From assembly GCA_958296445.1 (NCBI GenBank), contig OY282565.1, positions 3,936,605 through 4,000,604 on the forward strand: a stretch of 64,000 bases of DNA, given 5' to 3'. The first letter of the stretch is position 1; each line of letters begins with the position of its first letter. Made by a program: the position numbers and the translations under genes. The stretch comes from an uncultured Dehalococcoidia bacterium. Its GTDB lineage: Bacteria > Chloroflexota > Dehalococcoidia > Lucifugimonadales > UBA3495. The notes under the pieces were generated by a model that ran no database searches, was not told the origin of the DNA, and was given only the letters and a program-made list of their open reading frames with translations. Below, in pieces: positions 62,374 through 64,000 of the stretch.

Positions 62374-63166
62374 ACCCATCCAACAAAGATTCGACTTCAG
62401 GGATACCGGAGTCATACCCCATCCCCGGGCGCAAAGGCGTAACGGAAACGTAGTTGTTCCTAAGCGCCCAGATGTCCGAATCCTCGGCGGGCGTCTGGTT
62501 GCCGGGGCGGTTGCGGGCAATCCGGTAATTCCTTGCGTCGCCGTCGGCCCCCTCCAGCCGCACCGACTCGCGGTATGACAGCCCGCCCAGCCGCGTCGCC
62601 CGCAGTCCGGCCACCCGGTCGGCCGCCACGTTGGGAACGTTCAGGTTCAGGAACAGCGGCTCGCCCTCCCGCTGGCCCAGACGGCGGGCCAGCCCCTCCA
62701 GCAGCCGCCCGGCCACATCGTAGCGCGGGGCGGTGACCGACCCCACCGACACCGCGATAGTGTTACAGCCGCGGACATAACCCTGCACCGCGCCGCCCAC
62801 CGTTCCCGACACCATCACATCCCAGCCGGTATTGGAACCCGAGTTGATGCCCGACACCACCAAATCCACCGCGCCCGCCAAAGTTTCCAGCGCCAGAATG
62901 CAACAGTCGCCCGGCGTCCCCTCGGCGGTGTAGGCCGTAACCGCAAACGGCGGCCCGCCCCCGTTTTCGCCGCCGCCCTCAAACTCCGCCTCAAGCGTCC
63001 AAGGCGCAACCTTAACCGCCGAATGCAACGTCAGCGACGCCCCAACGCCGCTCTGCTCCCGGCGCGGGGCCACCACGAACACCTCGCCAACCCGCCGCAG
63101 CGCCCGCACCGCCGCCCACAACCCCGCCGACGCAATCCCGTCATCGTTAATCGCCAGTATTCTCAT
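62351..63166 (-). CDS. surE: 5'/3'-nucleotidase SurE
   Basis: MRILAINDDG, QSGVG, GTPGDC, SGINSG.N, SGTV. Confidence 0.92.
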   Translation of the reverse strand: MRILAINDDGIASAGLWAAVRALRRVGEVFVVAPRREQSGVGASLTLHSAVKVAPWTLEAEFEGGGENGGGPPFAVTAYTAEGTPGDCCILALETLAGAVDLVVSGINSGSNTGWDVMVSGTVGGAVQGYVRGCNTIAVSVGSVTAPRYDVAGRLLEGLARRLGQREGEPLFLNLNVPNVAADRVAGLRATRLGGLSYRESVRLEGADGDARNYRIARNRPGNQTPAEDSDIWALRNNYVSVTPLRPGMGYDSGIPEVESLLDGLNAEGAE

Positions 63167-63174
63167 CAACCAAC

Positions 63175-63255
63175 CACAGAATCCCCAGAGAACGCAGCGA
63201 ATAGCCAACAAAAATCTCTGCGCCCTCTGCGAAACCTCTGCGCCCTCTGCGTTAA
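63175..63255. repeat. Family D repeat
   Basis: CTCTGCGCCCTCTGCGAAACCTCTGCGCCCTCTGCGTT. Confidence 0.8.
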
Positions 63256-63276
63256 AAACCCCGGGCCAACCCGTCC

Positions 63277-64000
63277 CTAGTGATGCGCCAGCCCAACCGC
63301 GTGATATAGCGCGTGCTTCAGCTCGATGGCGGCCATGCTCCGGCGGTAAGACGCCGATGCGTAGACATCCCCCAGCAAGTCATCCCCCAAGTCGCCATCC
63401 ACCAGCGCGGCGGCGGCGGCGATGCTGTCGGTGGTAAGCTCCGAACCGACCAGCGCGGCCTCCACCGACGGGGCGCGGGTAGGGCGCGGCGTAAGGCCGC
63501 CCACGGCAACGCTCGCCGCAACGCAGCGCGGCGAATGGTGGTCATCATGCCCGTGGCCGTGGTCATGGCCGTGGTCGTCGTGGTCATGCCCGTGATTATG
63601 CCCATGGCCGTCGCCCTCCAGCGTAACCACCGCCGCCGCTCCCACCACGGCAAAGGACGTCGCGGGATGGGCCATCTTGGCGTATTCCGCCACCTGATTG
63701 GCCGCCAGCACCGGAACCTCGACGCCGGTAAGCACCTCGTCGGCCTCCAGCGCGGTAGTAAAGGGCGCGATGAAAAAGTCGGCGGCCGCCACCGTCCGCG
63801 AACCCGACGGCCCTTGCAGGCTGAACCCGGCCCCCAGAGCGGTCAACACCGTAGGCAGATCCGACGCCGGGTCGGCGTGAGAAACGTTGCCGCCGATAGT
63901 GCCGCGGTTGCGAACCGCCGGGTCGCCGACGCCCCCGGCCGCCTCGGCCAGTATCCCGCAGGAAGCCTGCACCTCCGGCGAATTGGCGATTTCGTAATGG
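63277..64000 (-). CDS. Xanthine dehydrogenase/CO dehydrogenase FAD subunit (CoxM-like), 5' end outside the window
   Basis: VRNRGTIGGNVSHADPASD, FF...TAL..DEVLT, D.YASASYR. Confidence 0.88.
   Translation of the reverse strand, partial: HYEIANSPEVQASCGILAEAAGGVGDPAVRNRGTIGGNVSHADPASDLPTVLTALGAGFSLQGPSGSRTVAAADFFIAPFTTALEADEVLTGVEVPVLAANQVAEYAKMAHPATSFAVVGAAAVVTLEGDGHGHNHGHDHDDHGHDHGHGHDDHHSPRCVAASVAVGGLTPRPTRAPSVEAALVGSELTTDSIAAAAALVDGDLGDDLLGDVYASASYRRSMAAIELKHALYHAVGLAHH

Overview
High-GC bacterial chromosomal window. Gene content (three luciferase-like monooxygenases, sat-aprBA, Na+-PPase, PspAA-PspA, CoxM-like subunit) suggests Chloroflexota, probably Dehalococcoidia/SAR202; this is inference only. 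It carries about 55 CDS: two tiny desulforedoxin-like genes divergent from an imelysin-DHOR-imelysin iron-uptake operon, an HTTM protein, a Rieske protein, an atypical asparaginase, a copper amine oxidase, an SppA operon, sat-aprB-aprA, trpA-aroH-aroF, an amidase with a GatC-like partner, otsA, hppA, tandem Uma2 nucleases, a lower-GC XRE-ImmA/IrrE two-gene island, rplY, a degenerate DUF3800, an AlbA_2/RecG-C protein, greA-lysS, four PaREP1 genes around serS, Fic, a three-subunit (split-beta) nitrile/thiocyanate hydratase-type cluster, surE and a truncated coxM. Intergenic space is filled by at least six families of short palindromic repeats, often in composite arrays. By eye, the + strand switches from G/T-rich to C/A-rich near 44.7 kb regardless of gene direction. 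Repeat families A and F flip orientation across that point, and the skew looks strongest on one side of each repeat cluster. No rRNA, tRNA, CRISPR array or transposase was recognised. All calls come from motif recognition; no searches were run.
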